A stretch of DNA of 63,833 bases, the filler included, from Pelomyxa schiedti (Eukaryota; Protista; Evosea), in assembly GCA_020536535.1 (NCBI GenBank). It is 9 parts of 9 records of this genome, joined end to end, with 100 filler letters (N's around TTAATTAATTAA, not from the genome) between each part and the next. Parts side by side here need not be neighbours in the genome. Positions count along the whole stretch, not along the records: positions 11,874 to 19,192 come from JAHLWZ010001363.1; positions 19,293 to 24,096 come from JAHLWZ010001553.1; positions 24,197 to 29,922 come from JAHLWZ010000520.1; 6 more parts are not named here. The stretch is one strand, 5' to 3'. This document shows, one piece after another, positions 12,951 through 25,242 of the stretch. The translations under genes were made by a program, and so were the position numbers. Each line of letters starts with the position of its first letter. Position 1 is the stretch's first letter. The notes under the pieces are model-generated. The model was not told the DNA's origin. It worked only from the letters and a program-made list of their open reading frames with translations, and made no database searches.

Positions 12951-13578
12951 CCTAACGAATTCCCAGGAACGCGCCAGACTAAACCGCATGGTGAGAATCA
13001 AACGGCATGAAGCCGAGATATCCATGTTGGTCACAACTCAACTTCAATCATCCACCAATTCCACAGACCACAATATCACACTCGCCAACAGCACCTAAAA
13101 AAAAAAAACCAAATCGGATATGAACAGGAAGAAAGAAACAGGAAGACCTCAAAAAAACAAAAAAAAAAACTTGGTGGGGAACACTCCACGCTCGTTGTCG
13201 CCTGCGAATTCGCCTGTGCTGGGTGCAGAGACTGTGAACTGCAACAGTGGGAAGTTCAGAAGGAGGCTGTGTGATGATGAGGGGTTCACAAGTGGTGACC
13301 ATGACCAGGCGGCTACACTGGTGCTGCTGGTGGTGGTGGTGGTACTAAAGATGGTGCACCGGGGAAGGCGACCAGTGGGTGGGCAATGCCGTGGGCAAAT
13401 GCAGGCAGCGGGAGGAAAGTCAAGAGGGCGGTGGCTCCGCTCAAGACGCTGGTGGTCACTGTGCGAGGGCGGGAACGAGGCAGTGGCCCTGCCGAAAGTG
13501 TTTTGCTCTGTCCAACGTTGTGGCTCTGCAGAGGCACTTGGATATTGGATCGCTGGTTGTGAAGTCTGTGAGGCCCAG

Positions 13579-13634
13579 TAGTGCCTAGTGCCTAGTGCCT
13601 AGTGCCTAGTGCCTAGTGCCTAGTACCTAGTACC
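13579..13634. repeat. 7-bp tandem repeat (TAGTGCC)6(TAGTACC)2
   Basis: Read directly from the sequence. Confidence 0.95.
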
Positions 13635-14578
13635 TGCATCATGACGGAACAACTTAACAACTTGACTTGGCTTCTTTGCCGGTTTGTTAAATCACAATCT
13701 CGTATTAATATTAATAATAACCATGACTGGGAGAGGGGAGAGTATAGTATAAACATGACAAAAGCAACCCAACACGAAATACCATCATAACTGTGGCGCA
13801 AAATCCATACAAGATCATCAGAGAGTATAAATAAAACAAACCATAAGTCAACTGCACCTGCAAATTCAATCACGCTTATAAATGTAATTAAACAACCATG
13901 ACTGACATCATAACATTGTTAGGGGAAGAAAGGAGAGGAAGGAAAGATAACCTCGCCTGATTATCGTCGTGTGTCAGTTCCAACCTTTTTCTTTCTTTTT
14001 CTTACCTTACTTTCAGGAACCGTTCTACCCGCCACAGTTACTAGTGGCAGTTGCGGCTATGTTAGAAACTAAGGAAATCTACGATGGGGAGAGCCGCCAG
14101 TAAGACCACAAGAATCAATACATACTACAACGAGTGAGTTGAGTGGGGTTGAGTTGTTCACATATACACCACCGGCCAAGGAATAGCGATCCAACTTCGC
14201 TGTGTGCACTCTCCTAAAAGAGGAGACAGTAAGTAATTACCGATTCTATCGTTCTTCAAACTAATTGATACCGTAGTAGAAGAGGGTGCTGGCCACTTGG
14301 CCCAGGCTTTCGGGTGAGCCGTCGGACCCACTTTTGATTTGATTGAGCACGTTCTAACATCACCACTTACTCGTAAAACAACACAAATCGATAGACCTGT
14401 GTGGGAATGCTTCCCAAGCAGGCTTTATTGCGATTTCAATCGCGAAAAAAAGCGTAAAATTTTGGTGAAACGGGCAATAGCGTAACAGGGGCAAAACATT
14501 GACTCCCTTCTTTTTTACTCTTTTTCATTTTTTTTTTTAAAAAAAGCACTCACCACGTTTGTTTGTGGTGAGCGCCAG

Positions 14579-15378
14579 CGAGAGACACTTGGGTGAGTGT
14601 GCTCGCCGTCGTAAGTTGTTTGGCACTTCGGTGAGTGCCTGTTGTGGTTGTTGGTTCGAGCCGCCTACTTGGGTAGGTAGGTTTGTGCTCGTAGTATTTC
14701 GTTGTACACTTGACACTGCAGTGAGTGTCGTTGAGTTGTTCTGGAAATAATAAAGTTATTATTATTTCCGTTTTGTTTTCGAGCCACCTACTTGGGTAGG
14801 TAGGTTTGCTCGTGTAGTTGTCGGCCACAGCGCTGTTAGGGTGGTTTTTTGTTTGCCGCGGTGGGCAGAGAGAAATGCCGCTGTGGGAAGAGAGCAAAAG
14901 AAGAAGGCGAATGAAGAGGGCGTCTATAGACAGAGAGCACCGGTTACAGCCGAGAGCGAGTCAGTCGGTGCCGACAAGACCTCTCGATGGCAAGCAAAAA
15001 CACAAAACAAGAGGGTTTTTTAAAAAAAAAACAAGGTTGTGCTTTGTTTTTTTTTCCTTGGTTGGTACCTACTTGGGTAGGTAGGTTTTGGTCGTTTTCG
15101 ACACCTCGGTGGGTGTGCTCGTTGTAGTAGTAGTAAGTTGTGTTGGTCGAGCCACCCACTTGGGTAGGTAGGTTTGTGCTCGCCAGTTTTTTACGCTTTG
15201 GTGAGCGCTGGTTCGATTTGAGCCACCTACTGGGGTAGGCAGGCGGCTGCTCGTGGTTTTTCGAGCCGCCTACGGGGGTAGGTAGGCGGCTGCTCGTGGT
15301 TTTTGGTTCGAGCCGCCCACTGAGGTAGGTAGGTTGCTCGAACCAACGAGCCGCCTACTGGGGTAGGCAGGCTGCTCG
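14579..15378. repeat. Interspersed array of ~8 hairpin-forming ~33-nt units (CGAGC-CRCCTAC-TTGG-GTAGG-TAGG..-GCTCG)
   Basis: Units at 14657-14691, 14780-14812, 15067-15094, 15148-15182, 15219-15253, 15262-15296, 15309-15340 and 15347-15378. Degenerate copies at ~14579-14606 and ~15099-15121. Confidence 0.9.
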
Positions 15379-16099
15379 GGGTTTGTACAACCAAAAGACG
15401 ACACAAAAAAAAAACCAACACGAAATACCTTGCATCAATACACACCTGACGCGGACGAACACACATGTGTCTCCCACCAAACACCAACTCCAACGATCCC
15501 CTGTCGCACACCCGCCGCACCGGCTCTAGTTGCGATGATCTTTATCTTGTCGGTTGTTGTGTGTTTGGTTTTTTTATTATTATGACTTTTGATCTTTCTT
15601 GTGGCTTTTATACAGAAAGATTTAATTTGGCACGTCGAAATTTGCGTACAACTGCGATAGAACAAGTCGGTGAAGGGAATAGAAAGTGTTTCTAAAAAAA
15701 TTTAACAGATCTGAATGAAAGGAGAACGATCGAAAAAAAGGGTTCTTCTTTGTGTTGTCCAAGGCAAGGCCTTCGGAATGGATACTCGACAATGGATTGC
15801 AACCCTTTTGGAAGATTTAGGATATGAGCCTTTGGGGCTTCTTTGTGTTGTGGACAAGGCAAGGTGTTGTGTGAATTGAGATATTCGAATAGCACATCAA
15901 CCTAGTTTATGTCACGGTAGGGAATAATTGGAAACACACATCCAGAGCCACCACTGGCCTGGTTTCTTCTTTTTGGTTTTTTTAGTGGGAAAGGTAAGAG
16001 TGACAAAAGGGCAAAATTATTACCGGGTCTATAGCATGCACAGGGTCAAATGTCGAAATTCAAAATCTGCCAAGGTTGTAAACCCCCAAAACAAAGGTA

Positions 16100-18050
16100 A
16101 TTCATGGGGCACTCACACACGCTTCCAGAGGATATTTATCTGCAAGTTCATCGACGAAAAGAACAGCACAGCACAGCACAGCACTCTTGGGAATTGCTTG
16201 CCAACTGACAGGGGAAACTGTGTTCGGTTTCAGGGTTCCATGATCTTTCTCGGAATATGGCGAACACAGACTTAAAATGTGTCTTGGGAGCAACCACCAG
16301 GAAGACCAGAAAGTTCTGGAATGATCATCAACTGCAGGTAGGGGATTAAATGGATGGTGAATAGAGTACATGGACAATCTTGTGGAACTCTGTCCTGGCT
16401 TCCTCTGCGCGAGTCAACAACAAATATGATTCCAACTGCACCTTGATAGTCTTGTGGAAGTTAATTTTTAAGGCAAGCTACAATTCTAACTACTCTTACA
16501 TGTGGCTGTATTTGCTGCCTGTGGATACATGAGTAAAATATCACCTGAACTTAATGACCATATAGCCACAGCCATGAATGTCCTGTGTAATGGTTAATGG
16601 CATGCGAGAATAGAAAAGATCTCACCAAAACGAAATGTAAATTCTTGAACTCCACTGTTCCAATATCTTATTATTTGTTTCATGTGTGTTCCAGTAAAAG
16701 GTTTTTCAAACTTACTGCATCCAAAGGAAGTTACGCTTGAGTTGCTCCCTGTATCATTCAACGTAATTTTATAAAGCATTGTGGTTTTTCCTAGAAATAA
16801 GATCAAGAATGACAGTTAACCGGCAGGAGTACCTGCAGCATCTAACACTAAAACTAGAACACGCCGCGGAATGGCATACCTGCTTATCCTATTGTGCACA
16901 CTGGAAAAAATAGAAGAAAGCAAAGAGCTATGTGTTTTGGAAGGTCTATAGATCTTGAGTGAATAAAATCCTTCCGTGAAATCTTACGGGCTTCCTTCAT
17001 AAATGGCACATGAGAGTAATCTCTTTGTTTCTTTGAGCAAAGCTGCTAGATATCTCTTCTTCCAATTTCCATTGAATCCCCCCAATTTGATTTGAAGGTG
17101 GTCCTTGGAATAAGTAAGTGTAACATACAAGGAAAATCTGAAATCAGTTACATTCACTAAAAATGCAGTAGTTCTTGACCAGGGACGACTTTCATACCAA
17201 GTCTTCCAAATGTGGTCACTTGACGCAAAATGGTTCATTGTGCGGCACATACAACAAAGTTTGCACAGACATGCAGCATCAAGTAGGGATAAAATGTGGC
17301 TCGAAAAAATTAGCAGAAACAAAAACAGTTTCTTGACATACATCAGAACATTTGGATGCAGGGTTGCAAAAAGGCCTAACTCTTTCGAACGAGTTAATTT
17401 TGCAATTGACTTAAGAGAATACCTGTAGAAGTACCGGGCAAGTTGTAGGGGGAGCAATGTCTTCCAAATGAACAACAAGCAACATGGATAATGTCATTCT
17501 TCCCCTTAAGTGTGGCTACATTCTTCCCCTTAAGTGTGGCTATTTCTGTAGGTATTGATCGATTGAGTGTATCTCCCAGGCCTGCAGACACTGAGATTTC
17601 GGAAAAAGGGAAAATGGAGGGACACACCAAGTTGCCCATGTTCATTTGATCCCCAACTATAAACTGAATTCTTTTTTGTGACAGTGATTGAATGTGAAGC
17701 AGTGCAACTAGCGGCAATTTGAGCAATACCGTCAATTGCCACAAGGCATGGAATGTTACGATTTTCATTGTCTCCAAGACCAAGTTGGCCCTTGCTGTTT
17801 TCCCCAAATGAAAGCAGCATTCCACACTCGTTTACTACAAGGGAGTGACTATCTCCACAGGCGATTTGTGTGACGGTACTTCCTTGAAAAAATGAGATAC
17901 TTTCAGGAGAAACCTTGGAACACTACAGACAAGGTTACATTATTGTAGGGATTAAGTCATTTCACACGTAATCTCCATTTCCTATACTCGGTTAGTAAAT
18001 GGTCCCCACCAGCAAAAGTGTGACGGAAAACTACAGGCCCTTTGATATTC
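16100..18050 (-). CDS. RCC1-repeat + F-box + divergent ARF-like GTPase domain protein (multi-exon; boundaries approximate)
   Basis: RCC1: QIACGDSHSL..FGENSKGQLGLGD and YSWGSNEHGQLG|LGD. F-box: ILSLLDAACLCKLCCMCRTMNHFASSDHIWK. ARF: RVLVLVLDAA|GKTTMLYK, TVEFKNLHFVL|DIHG and YQGAVGIIFVVDS. Confidence 0.65.
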
Positions 18051-18149
18051 TATCAGTTCCATAGTCTGGTACACAAAGAATTACATACGGATAAAAAAAT
18101 GTTTTGGCAATCTGTTGCACCAGCTTGTACCGCTTGGAATAGAGGGCTC

Positions 18150-18890
18150 TTCCAGGTCCCACACCCATATGTGGTCATGAGTTCCAGAAATTGTCCACAC
18201 AGTACTCCTTCCACAGGTTAACCTTTTGAGCCACAGTTTGTTTTAGCTGTTGGGACATAGGACTGCTGGTCTCTTTGGCTATTCAAACTTGACAGGTTTG
18301 TCCTATATTTCACCTATTTTATCCAACGCAGCATTCACAGGGGCTTACCCTTGGGCTTGTGGTAAGGTGGGTCATTGCAAAAGGGGAATGACGTGGAGCA
18401 AAGGAACGACAACTTTGACGAAGATAGTTTAAGTTGTTGCTGTTGGGGGCAGTGAACACCGAGAGCCTGGGGTCATTTGTTACCCACAAGAGAGTGTGGT
18501 TTGAGCAGATAGGGTGTGGTAAGCATGTGCTCGCTGGGCACATTTATTCTTCCACGGTGGTTCTATAATAACACAATCGAAGCCATGGGGCCCAGCTCTT
18601 TGTTTTAGTGATTCCGGAAGTACGATGGTCGACTGAGGGAGCTCCTTTCCAGCCAATTGAAAGGAACTGGCCTCAGTCATTACCAACGCTGAGTGTGGTG
18701 TCTTTTCGACGAGCCTGTTACAGGCAGAGCCCAAAGGCCTCCTTCCCACAATTGAGCGGTCGGCGTCCTTATCACCCCGCTGCTCATCGCATCTTCTGGG
18801 TTTCGTGGAAACAAGTTCTTTTTAGAAATCTTGTCTTCTAAGGGATTCCTATTGCCAAGGTAGAAGCAGTACTTTGACATCATCATCACT
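18150..18890 (-). pseudogene. MT-A70 family (METTL4-like) adenine methyltransferase, apparently frameshifted
   Basis: GFDCVIIEPPWKNK..AYHTL and, in another frame, LLWVTND match the METTL4 motifs (DPPW.NKS...Y; VWVTN). No clean ORF could be reconstructed. Confidence 0.55.
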
Positions 18891-19292
18891 CTTGCTATCA
18901 AACACAGGCCGGTGAGGAATCTGGAGTCTTGTTCATCACCGCATTATTTTCCTCTAAAACCAAAGGAAAAAAGTCCAATGGACACCAAGGCACCACCCAC
19001 AGCGAGTACGCAGCTGCGCACTTCTGCCTCCAACATCAACCTGCCGCTGCAAGGGGGCGGAGACAGGCAAGTGCAACCTACTGCAGGCGGGACGGCGCCG
19101 CCGCCCACGGCCCCCCTGCTGCTGCTCCTGGGGCCCTCCTCCGCGTCGAGCTCCGCTGCGGCGTCGCCCGCCACCTCCCCCGAGTCCGCGTCNNNNNNNN
19201 NNNNNNNNNNNNNNNNNNNNNNNNNNNNNNNNNNNNTTAATTAATTAANNNNNNNNNNNNNNNNNNNNNNNNNNNNNNNNNNNNNNNNNNNN

Positions 19293-19420
19293 CTCAACAA
19301 GGACGATAGGATATCATTTGAGGTAAGGATAGATTTTATTTCGACTTTCTGTTATAACCACAATATGAAGGAATTCAAAACGGCAATGGCCTCAGGCAAA
19401 CTCACTATGAAAAGGTCCTA
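19293..19420 (+). CDS. C-terminal EF-hand of a calcium-binding protein (partial)
   Basis: LNKDDRISFE|EFKTAM across a GT-AG intron, with a TAG stop at ~19420. Confidence 0.6.
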
Positions 19421-19579
19421 GTTGTTTCAATTTTACAGTAACATAGACTAAAACCATCATGTGTTTTTTTTTATCTCCAAAATTTATTTACACTTTCTTG
19501 TTTGTTGTATTAACTTAAGTACACATTCTGGTGCAACTTGGGTTCGTTTTGCTTTGCTTTGTTTTGAGCCTTGCCATAA

Positions 19580-21950
19580 CATACATTTCACAAAAATTTG
19601 GCTTGAGAGGCCCAGCAGAACTTCCGGCTCCCGACCTGTGTAAATCAATTAATCAAACAACATATTTAGTGGTGTCTGCGTACCCGTTGGAAGAGCACAG
19701 CTCCCATTGTTGTTTGGCAAGTGTATTGAAAATACGAGTAAGGTAAATTCCGCGTAGCTTCCTTCAGCAATGGTTGAGTAAGGAGGATTAAGCACGGGTG
19801 AATACCATCCAGTGGAGGGAATGCCACACATCAGCCTGGCATCAGGGTGGTCCGGCGTCTCAGGAGGGAGTATTCCTCCATTCAATTCCGCTATTTTTCG
19901 TGAATGAATTTGTATATGGTTCCGTTTGTTACCGATGCTATCAGAGTCTACGGGTCCTTCCAATCGAATACCCCAGCCATCAAATGTGGCACCAGGAAGA
20001 TATCGCACTGTGCAGTACTCCTTAATTTGGCTTTAGTTGTACAAAAAAAACAACGGGAGATTACATAAAACTCAGGATCCAGAGATTTATCCACGAGCTT
20101 GACTAACCCAGGGAGCTGGTAGTACTGGGCTTCAATTTGTATTGCCCGCAATGTATTCCGATCCGTAGGTAGGGCAACAACTCCATCACGCAAATAGTTT
20201 AGAATATATCTGTAGAACAATCAATTAATGTTGAACTGGGTTGGTGCCAACCTAAAGTAGGTTCCATCCCTGTCTATAAAGTAATAGCCTTGGTCATCTT
20301 TGAAAGGGGTGTACCTTCCGGAAAACATTACAGCCAACATACTGCCATAAACCTGCATAAAGTAAGCATCATATCAATTACTGAAGTTATCAAGGAGTTT
20401 ACTTTTGTTAAAGTGGTGAGGGAAGTACAGTGATATATTCCACCAACATTCAGCCGGACCATATCACTGCCGGGATTAGAGTTTAGAGAATACTGGGGCA
20501 TAAAGGATTCCTCGACTGAAGAGCCCCAGAGTACGTCATGGGTAGTGTGGTTCTCGCTATTATGTTCTTGAGGTTCCGTGGCGGTGACCAACAGTTTTGG
20601 GGAAGTATCGCTTGGTTCTTGAAGGCGAGTTTCAGTGTTAGCTCGAAAAGACCCGCTGTCCCGACTCCCACCTTCTGCTCCCTTCGTATATTTGGTGCTG
20701 GAACGATGTTTCTGCGAATGCGAACCAACTTTCTTCTTCTTGCTATCATGCCTTTCTCGACCGTCCACAGCAGGGGATGATGGCGGGATGTCCGGCGGTA
20801 TTCCAATGCATCCCCTAAATTTTGGAGTTGTCAGGTTTCCACCCACAGTTTTTACAACAGCCGCGTGGGGAGGCACAGGGGCAGCAGCATCTTCCGCTGC
20901 GTCGTCAATGTAACCACCAACGTATCTCGTCTTTCCATCACCCCCACCACGGAGGTTACTTGGACTCATAGCCTCCAGATTCTTAGACCCCCTTCCCTTC
21001 CGCCTTCCGGTCGCCGTCGCAGTCCCGCAGCCATTGGCCTTGTCCCCTAGTGCACTATCACCATCACCATCTCCATTCTTCTTATTGATCTTGCCCTTGC
21101 TCTTGCCCTTATTCTTTTTCTTCTTTTGGCGGTCCCTTTCATCCTCGCTCCCCTCCCCTCCTCGTCCTCCTCCTCCTTCATCTTCACCATCCTCCTCGTC
21201 CTCCCCAAGCCCTGCCATCCTTCTCTCCCTCTCCGTCTCTTTTCTTTGTCTTCCATGCCTGTGACATGGGCTGCCCCCCGTGGTGCTGTGGTCACCATCG
21301 TTGTCGTCGTAGTCGTCGTCATCACCACCACAGCGGCCCCCGTCCTCAGCCTCGTCCTCGTTCTCGGCCGCCTCGCCCTCGCCGTCGCCGTCGCCGTCCT
21401 CGCTGCTGGTTCTCGCCGGCCGCCCTGCTGCTGGCTCCCCGCCGCCGCCCTTGGGGCTTCTGGTGGTCTTGCTCCTGCTCTTGCTGGTGCTGCTACTCGG
21501 GTTTTCGCCGCTGCGGGACCCCGTGGGCCTGAAGTCCGCCTCCTTCTCATATTCCCCCTCTTGCACCAGCACATCGGCTCCCAGCGCGTCGCACTCATCG
21601 TCGTGGCTCTCGCCCCGGGCGTTGCGCCGCGCGTCATTGGCAGCCACCGCTTCCGTGTGCCTAGCTCCCGATGATGATGGTGTCGTGGTGGTTGTGGTTG
21701 TGGTTGTTGTGGTGGTGGTAGTTGGGGGGCGCGTGGGCCTACTAGTTGCCGAGTTGGTCAATTGGCCGTGGTGGTGCTTGTTGTGGGACAGCGCGAGGAG
21801 CCGCTCCTCGTCCTCCAGGGTGGCGAGGGAGGGGTCGCCGGCCCCGACGAAGAACGAAGAGGTGTGCGAAGAGGCTGTCGATGACGGGGGAGCCGCGGCA
21901 GCAGCTGCGGTGGCCACGTGTGCCTTGCGCTTGTGCCTGCTCACAAACAT
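19580..21950 (-). CDS. BTB/POZ (KCTD-type tetramerisation domain) protein with a long low-complexity N-terminus
   Basis: VRLNVGGIYHCTSLTTLTK|..SMLAVMFSGRY....DDQGYYFIDRDGTYF|RYILNYLRDG.....EAQYYQLPGL across several GT-AG introns. Start inferred at MFVSRHK. Confidence 0.85.
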
Positions 21951-22138
21951 CGACCTGATAACGCTAGAGTGATTGAATGGTGTGCGAACGCGAAAAATCT
22001 CCCTTGGAGGAAATCCTGGCGAGACGCCTCGATGATGAGAGGGACGCGAGCAATATATAAGTTTGTGATCCCCAACCAGAGAAGTGATCAGAACGAGACT
22101 ATCAGAGGGAGATTTCGTGTAAAAATATACGACGGGCG

Positions 22139-23413
22139 ATGGACATGTTCCAGTCATATGGATTCCATTTTGGCCCTCCTCGGCACGGAGCGGCGGCGAC
22201 CCAGGAGCACAGGCGTGGGCCTCCATCGAGCGACCCCCGCACCGCGGAGGCCCGGTTCCTTGCCCTCGTGGCGTCGTCGCACCCGCGGTGCGGCGCCCGC
22301 AGCCCCGCCCGCGCCCTGTGCTCGTCCCCGCCCCTCGTCGCCCTGCTGTGGCACGCCGTCGTCGTGGGAACCCGCACCGACTTCGTGGTGGTAGTCAAAG
22401 AGTGCCCGGGGCTGTCCCTGCACGCGGTATCGTTCTCTGTGTGCGGGGCCCTGCTGTGCCTGGTCGGGGGCGCTAGCACCAGGCCCAGTCCGTACTTGTT
22501 CAGGGGCGGGAGCAGCACAGGGGACATGACCAGCAGCCTCGCGGCTCCTCGGTGGGTGACGCAGCACGTCGCCGTCCACCAAAGCTCGGCTGGGATCCAC
22601 ACTGCCGTGGCCGTGATCACTGAGGGAATGGCTTTGTCGGGGAGCCTGAGTAGGGGGAAGTCCGAGGGTCTGTGTGCTGGTTTACAGAATGATACTGCCA
22701 ACTCCAAGTGGTTCGTGGATTATTCGATCTGTGTGGAAACTCTTACCATCCAGAACATCGAGGGATGGCCCGATTCGCACAAGGGATTTGATCCTGTGAT
22801 GGTGGCAGTTCCTGGAAGTAGAGGACTTTACCCACCCATAATTTCCTTCAACAGGGCGGTTCCCGACGAGGCCATTCTGAATTTCCGGAACCCCTCATCT
22901 GTGGAGCTCATTTTGTTTGATGTCAACCTCTCACACTTGACTGGGAAGCTTGCTATTATCACCTCCGTATCACTGAATGCAGAAAACATTTATGATACAG
23001 TTAGAGCAATGAGGTTGCGCAGTGGTGCTGTTGTTTTCATTGCCAGGAGAGAGAGTGACAGGGAGGTTGTTTTGATTGATCCAGCAGCAACTGAAGTGGT
23101 GCCCAAGCGAGTGACAGGCAACTGCACTGTGATCACACAAGTTAGTTCCTCGGTGTTCTGTGCTTGGCATTCCACGAGGTCGTTTGAATTGTGGGACTGC
23201 AACAACCTGGACAAGCCACTGAGGGCAGTCAACAGCAGTGACAACTTCTCACAGGTTGTTGGCGGGAGGGGATACCTGCTTGGGATTGTTGGCCGGAAGG
23301 TTGTTGTGATGGAGGCATTCACTGGTGCCACTGTGGTAACCTTGGATGTGTCTATTGGGCTTCAAACCGCAACTGAGTTCCTCATCATCAATCAACTCTC
23401 TCTTTTGGAATAA
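22139..23413 (+). CDS. Intronless hypothetical protein of a lineage-expanded family (beta-rich C-terminus)
   Basis: 424-aa ORF. Its C-terminal motifs (FELWDCNNLDKPLR, VVMEAFTG) recur in the ORF at 32865-33188 (YQLWDSTN...PLR, VTEASTG). Confidence 0.7.
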   Translation: MDMFQSYGFHFGPPRHGAAATQEHRRGPPSSDPRTAEARFLALVASSHPRCGARSPARALCSSPPLVALLWHAVVVGTRTDFVVVVKECPGLSLHAVSFSVCGALLCLVGGASTRPSPYLFRGGSSTGDMTSSLAAPRWVTQHVAVHQSSAGIHTAVAVITEGMALSGSLSRGKSEGLCAGLQNDTANSKWFVDYSICVETLTIQNIEGWPDSHKGFDPVMVAVPGSRGLYPPIISFNRAVPDEAILNFRNPSSVELILFDVNLSHLTGKLAIITSVSLNAENIYDTVRAMRLRSGAVVFIARRESDREVVLIDPAATEVVPKRVTGNCTVITQVSSSVFCAWHSTRSFELWDCNNLDKPLRAVNSSDNFSQVVGGRGYLLGIVGRKVVVMEAFTGATVVTLDVSIGLQTATEFLIINQLSLLE

Positions 23414-23483
23414 CAACCTCGACTCCCTCACCACCCACCAACACTGACCAATAAATAAGACTTACTTCTTTCTTATTCTTGTA

Positions 23484-24096
23484 TTCATTCGTGGTTTGGG
23501 TCAGATTTCCCTTTGTTGGTGTGTGTCAGCAAACTAGTGTTAATCGGTGTTGCCACTTCTGTATGGTGTGACCACATGGCACAGAAGATGAGCGAGAGGA
23601 GTGCAATCACTCCACCGCCGGTGAGTCCAGCAAATACCAGGAACGTAACTCCCAACGCAAAGTAATTGATAGAGCCGCCGTTACCAGGCTGTTCATATTC
23701 GAACCAGGCATACTGAGAGTAGTCTCCATCTATAAAAGGGTATCCTTGAACTGTGGAGTTTAGTACATGGTTAGGATCGATGGGTACTTATGTACGTATT
23801 CTAATGGATGAACGAACTTTCATCTGGATTGAACCAGCAAGTGTAGTTCCGACCAACGTGCCACTGATCCAGCTGGTCATCAGCATCTGAACAGTCAAGC
23901 CAAATACCAGCATCAGAATCAGCCAGGGCTGTTTTGCCATAGATTCTACGTTCATGTGCGAATAAGTTAGTGGAGTCTATCTCACTCAATAATATTATTG
24001 TTACATTTGAAAGGCTGTTGAGTTGTCTTGTTGTACAATGGCCAATGTAATGTCAACCTGCCACAGAGCCATGCATTTTCCATACGAAGAAGAATA
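23484..24096 (-). CDS. Membrane protein, 3' part (partial)
   Basis: Spliced ORF fragments with WHVGRNYTCWFNP and a C-terminal hydrophobic helix FALGVTFLVFAGLTGGGVIALLSLIFC. Confidence 0.45.
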
Positions 24097-24210
24097 NNNN
24101 NNNNNNNNNNNNNNNNNNNNNNNNNNNNNNNNNNNNNNNNTTAATTAATTAANNNNNNNNNNNNNNNNNNNNNNNNNNNNNNNNNNNNNNNNNNNNAAAA
24201 CAACGACGTG

Positions 24211-25140
24211 ATGGACGACTCGCATGTCAACATGTACAAGGTGGTCGTGGTTGGCGACGGTGGCGTAGGCAAGAGCGCCATCACCATCCAACTCACTCAG
24301 TATATTCAATCTCTCTATCTTATCCCATTCTTTTTTTTTTTTCACGGTTTCTTCACGTTGCTGACTCTTTTTTTTTTAACAGGGGACACTTCATTACCGA
24401 GTGAGTTCTAATTTTTTTTTTTTTTTGCCGGCTTACTGTCGATCGACTTATTTATAATAAGATATGACCCAACCATTGAGAACTCCTATCGAAAACCGAT
24501 GACTATAGACAACGACGTTTGTGTACTTGATATTCTTGATACTGCTGGTCAGGAGGAGTACGCCGCCATGGTATCTTGTTCTGCTGTGTTAATTGTGGGT
24601 GTTGCCTATTTACTTGTTCTCAGAGGGACCAGTACTTCCGGTCCGGCCACGGTTTCATTATTGTTTTCAGCGTTGTGGACCGCCCAACGTTTGAGAATGT
24701 ACAAAACTACCGCAGTCAAATCCTCAAGGTTCACGCTTTCTGTTCCGTTCTGCATTCTCACGGAAAACAATAAAGGTGAAAGAGGAGCCTTCGTACCCCA
24801 TGGTTATTTGTGCCAACAAGGTGGATATTCCCGATCGTGAGGTACAAATGAAGGAAGGACAGGATTTGGCTCGCACTTTCAATATTCCATACCTTGAGGT
24901 AGATGTTTTCTTTCCCGGCCTTCGCGCTTCACTAAATCCGCAATACAGACGTCAGCCAAGCTCCGCCAGAACATTGAGCCAGCTTTCATTGCTATTGTAC
25001 AAGAGATAAAGAAGCACAAACCAGCAACTGACAATGAAGTGCAACGCTTGGGGAGCAAGGAAACAACCAAAGCAGCCAAACCCGCCAAGAAAGAGGCCGC
25101 CAAAGGAGGAAAGAAGGGAGGTGGTTGTAACATACTGTGA
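24211..25140 (+). CDS. ras: Ras-family small GTPase (paralog A)
   Basis: [51 protein letters not shown] and C-terminal CaaX CNIL. Five GT-AG introns. Confidence 0.95.
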
Positions 25141-25242
25141 TGAGGATTAAAGTAATAATGAATACCTTCCCAAATTCTTTTTTTTTTTTTTTTGAAGTTT
25201 TTGTTTTCCATTCTATGACATACATAAACTGTTGTTACTGCT

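Noticed and set aside
14579-15378. CRISPR array interpretation of the hairpin repeats
   Set aside because: Spacer lengths are highly irregular, the repeats are degenerate, the context is eukaryotic and no cas genes are present.
20865-22707. Numerous overlapping GC-rich ORFs on both strands
   Set aside because: They are alternative-frame shadows of the GC-rich, low-complexity 5' exons of the BTB gene and the 22139 gene.
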